Positions 32,150 through 32,536 of a DNA stretch of 32,536 nt are shown here, piece by piece (the first letter of the stretch is position 1; each line of letters starts with the position of its first letter). The stretch comes from a candidate division WOR-3 bacterium (GTDB lineage Bacteria; Hydrothermota; Tepidihabitantia; SM23-42; JAOAFX01). A model generated the notes under the pieces. It did no database searches, had not been told where the DNA came from, and was given only the letters and a program-made list of their open reading frames with translations. The stretch spans positions 1-32,536 of the forward strand of contig JBDRWH010000002.1 in the NCBI GenBank assembly GCA_039802325.1. Reading direction: 5' to 3'. Made by a program: the position numbers and the translations under genes.

Positions 32150-32536
32150 ATGTTAGGTATCAAGAGAATTTCATTCAGATTTTTCGGTATTCTTTTGCTG
32201 TGTAGTTTTGGCGTAATCTACAGTGAACCGATATTGCCTGATAGTGAATATATTGTCTATGAGACCAATGATAAAGGTAAGATCGGTCAGATTGAGGTGG
32301 TTTCTGTAAAGGATACCATCGGGTATCACATTTGGTATACATCTGACCGCACGGTTGAAGCAATTCTTGATACTGCTAATCTTCAGACGCTTTATTTGAA
32401 CAAGATAATTGGTACACGCTGGGAATTGAGTGTTAAGAAAAATCATATTTTTGAAATAAATTATCAGGGTAGAAAGAATTTTTACAATGAAACAGATCCA
32501 GTCTATGATCGGCACACCTTAGATTTTGTAATCCGG
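32150..32536 (+). CDS. hypothetical secreted protein, N-terminal 129 codons (runs off the right edge)
   Basis: The frame is open from the ATG at 32150 to the window end, which is why it is absent from the track. The N-terminus has a signal-peptide-like sequence, MLGIKRISFRFFGILLLCSFGVIYS. I recognise no family. Confidence 0.5.
   Translation, partial: MLGIKRISFRFFGILLLCSFGVIYSEPILPDSEYIVYETNDKGKIGQIEVVSVKDTIGYHIWYTSDRTVEAILDTANLQTLYLNKIIGTRWELSVKKNHIFEINYQGRKNFYNETDPVYDRHTLDFVIR

Noticed and set aside
32171-32515. 114-aa and 62-aa minus-strand track ORFs at the right edge.
   Set aside because: The plus strand carries an uninterrupted frame from the ATG at 32150 to the window end, with a signal-peptide-like N-terminus. 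The minus ORFs have no start context and odd composition.

Overview
AT-rich (roughly 40% GC by eye), densely coding 32.5-kb chromosomal window. I call 30 complete CDS plus 2 edge-truncated CDS. I found no rRNA, tRNA or CRISPR, and no transposase, integrase or phage genes. The gene content includes fabZ-lpxA, an LptE-like lipoprotein, a T9SS C-terminal-sorting-domain cargo, a rubredoxin and a radical SAM enzyme. From this I infer, without proof, an uncultured anaerobic diderm near the FCB superphylum that nevertheless uses classical TTGACA/TATAAT promoters. Layout: radical SAM (-, partial); hutI-ftcD (+); one long + operon of TPR/ExeA-like ATPase/TPR/ExeA-like ATPase/PHP phosphoesterase/fabZ/[heptamer repeat]/lpxA; truB plus a 31-aa basic peptide (-); a pseudopilin-like gene, rubredoxin and an ECF sigma/anti-sigma/LTXXQ trio (+); a long - block of M42-M42-M23-gmd-rmd-GT4-TPR-lptE-like followed by a separately promoted GT2/WbaP-like fusion; then a + block of glycine-rich T9SS cargo, Lhr-like helicase, glmS, GalT-like, HAD hydrolase and a truncated secreted protein. 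Three real genes are missing from the supplied ORF track: the radical SAM partial CDS, a 57-aa rubredoxin and a 31-aa basic peptide. Four track starts are too long (hutI, truB, pseudopilin-like, glmS). Top candidate for an undescribed system: the tandemly duplicated two-gene module at 3599-9081, in which a TPR protein with a PEVK-like linker is paired with a stand-alone ExeA/GspA/MshM-type AAA+ ATPase. It is tightly coupled and lies in an envelope-biogenesis operon with no secretin, pilus or exosortase context. Other notable signals: a very uniform TTGACA-N16-TATAAT promoter grammar in which six genes have their ATG 5 or 8 nt after the -10 box (predicted leaderless mRNAs); a dispersed AGTARGT heptamer tandem repeat, one copy of which encodes the signal-peptide core of the LptE-like lipoprotein; and a GT2 fused to a WbaP-like phosphoglycosyltransferase that has lost its catalytic motifs.
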